A DNA stretch of 64,000 bases from Ramazzottius varieornatus (Eukaryota; Animalia; Tardigrada), in contig BDGG01000006.1 of the NCBI GenBank assembly GCA_001949185.1, forward strand, positions 1,532,827-1,596,826. The letters are read 5' to 3'. The position numbers and the translations under genes were made by a program. The notes under the pieces are model-generated. The model did not search any database, had not been told where the DNA came from, and worked only from the letters and a program-made list of their open reading frames with translations. Below, piece by piece: positions 61,972 to 64,000 of the stretch. Position 1 is the first letter of the stretch. Each line of letters starts with the position of its first letter.

Positions 61972-62605
61972 AGCGTCAAAACTCTGGAGTACTACAGAAG
62001 AGCGATTCTTCCTTAAGGCTTGCTCTCCTCAAGCATCCGTCAGACCTGCAGGACAAGGAGCAATCGTCCACGAATATGCGAAAGTTTCTAAAATCAGGAA
62101 TAACTATCGGCATTAGGATTCAGGAAACGAGATGACATACTGTAACTGACATTGTTATGTTTTATGACGTTAGGCAACACGTGGGTACAGGTAATGCTCC
62201 GATTGATTGACAGATTGAATGACATGTCAGTTTACGTAATGTGACATTACATTCAAACAGCTGTTCCACTGGCCCTACTCAGAATTCAGATTTATTTAAA
62301 TCCACAGATTTAGCTCAGCTAAATTCGCGTGCAGATTGGCCCATAGCCTAAATGTAGCCCGCCCATCGAGCTAAATCTAATGCACCGAAACAGGTCGATT
62401 TAGCTAAATCCAGCGGCGTAAATCCAGTTGTGACGTCACATGGCTTACTGTTTTCCACCGAAAACAGCTGTTTTGCACTCGTCACCCGGTACTTCAGAGA
62501 CGTGTTCTGGCGCGAAGACGGAAACATTTTCAACGTTAGTTTCATGATACTTTTATTTTGATTCACTTTATGTTAGGTCGCTGAAGTTCGTTTTTTCTTT
62601 CGGAA

Positions 62606-63969
62606 ATGTCTTCTTGCGACGCTCCTTCGATACTCTACAGAGGACAGCTGCTTCCTAAACCAGCAGTTCAGCAAGTTCTTGTACAAAGTAGGATGGCAGA
62701 AAAGTGTACGGTTCAAGCCACGAAGAGGGAAGGATGGACTAAGCAAGCAGAAGAAAGCCTCCTCCAGTGGTTAGAAACACCTGGAAACTACGACAAGTTT
62801 CGGTCTGCTCCGCAAGACAAAGGAGATGGAAGGAAGAGAACTAGCTCCAACACCAGGATGGACATCACGCGGAAGATCGTGGAGCATCTTGCAAAGTCGG
62901 GTGCTGTAAAGACGGAAAAACAAGTAACCACTAAAGTCCATAACCTTGTTGGGAAATGGAAAGAGGCTCATCTAGCCAAGACTGGGACTGGTTTCGGTGT
63001 CAATGGCGAAGGAACCAAAAACGGAAAAGCGCTACGGGGTAAGACGAACTTTCAATTTACGGAACTGTAAAAAAACATTTCATCTTGCTTTCAAATGAAC
63101 GATTTGCTCACTTTCGAGTTTTCGCTGGTGGTTAGACAGTTCTGATTGGTTGATTATTTCAAAGCGCTATAAGGTAAGATGAGGCTGTCAAAATACGAAA
63201 GTGTGTAAATACGGTTTGTTTAAGCTTTTACCGAACGATTTGCTCACTTTCGTGTTTTCGGTGATGGCTCAGCAGCTTTGATTGGCTGATTATTGCAGAG
63301 ACCATACTCGACATTTGCAAGTACTGGGACCGTCTTGATCCTGTTTTCCGCGATCGTGCTGGGATGTCTGCACCTTTTACAGGTGATAACGAAGATGGCG
63401 TGGCGACCAACGTTTTCACACTAGCCGTAACAGATAACACGGAAAAGACTATGGAATTTCCCGAAGGGACAGCCGAAGTTTCAGCAGAAGTACCGAAAGA
63501 CAGACCGACTTCTCGCTACTCTGAATTAGAGGACCATCGGTCGGTTGCTGATAAGATGCTTGACGGTGATTATGTTCCATCAGACGACGAAGAAACTCTC
63601 ACTGGATCACCTGGCTCAGCTTCAAAGAAACGTCCAAAAAAATTCAAGTCTTTGTGTGACGGCATGGATAAAAAGCCAAAAGAGAAAACAATGGATCTGG
63701 TAGGGATACTCGTGGCTAGCGGGAAAGAAAGGAATGAGCGTGCAGCGGCTAGGAACGAGGTCATGGAACGACGATTCACCCGAGAGTTGGACTTGAAAGA
63801 AAAAGAACTGAGACTGAACGAACAGCGACAGAAAGATGATCACGAGACGAAGATGGAAGAGCTCAGAATTCGACACCAAGAGATTGATCTACGCAAAGCC
63901 GAAATGGAATTCAAACGGACGGAGATGCTTCTAGAGTTGGAGAGATTGAAGCAGCAGCGTTTACAGTAG
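62606..63969 (+). CDS. Intact Myb/SANT-like (trihelix) protein of PIF/Harbinger type; 2 exons (intron 63039-63298)
   Basis: LLQWLETPGNYDKFR..KTEKQVTTKVHNL..WKEA..TGFGV..ILDICKYWDRLDPVF and a coiled-coil tail; exons join in frame (367 aa); GATTTAGCT / AGCTAAAT repeats upstream. Confidence 0.75.
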
Positions 63970-64000
63970 TGGTTTCCACCATGAACACCAAGACACGAAA

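Noticed and set aside
1-64000. tRNA, rRNA or snRNA genes
   Set aside because: None recognised by eye; a covariance-model scan would be needed to exclude them

Overview
Eukaryotic (animal) genomic DNA: compact, with short GT-AG introns and two 50-N scaffold gaps. The style suggests a compact invertebrate genome, possibly a tardigrade (inference only). Apparently intact host genes are Rabaptin-5 with a C-terminal FYVE finger (-), head-to-head with SNAPC3 (+); a Slo/BK-family channel (+); an SLC2/GLUT-like transporter (-); and APEX2 (-). The region between them is dense with DNA transposons (two hAT families with MITE derivatives, PIF/Harbinger, a Tc4/Tc5-like element) and gene relics. Four observations stand out. 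(1) The Slo gene splices into an open frame wherever traced, yet its K+ filter TVGYGD is replaced gap-free by LLDLSG, S4 has lost two arginines and the Ca2+ bowl is degenerate. (2) A dispersed palindrome GTGGCGCAC-N25-GTGCGCCAC occurs 15 times outside the traced host exons; the spacer sequence is diverged but is exactly 25 bp in 13 copies. (3) There are three degenerate paralogues of a CAP-Gly/KH/MEX3-type RING gene. (4) The GLUT homologue has lost most polar glucose-binding residues. All alignments were done by eye against remembered reference sequences; no searches were run.
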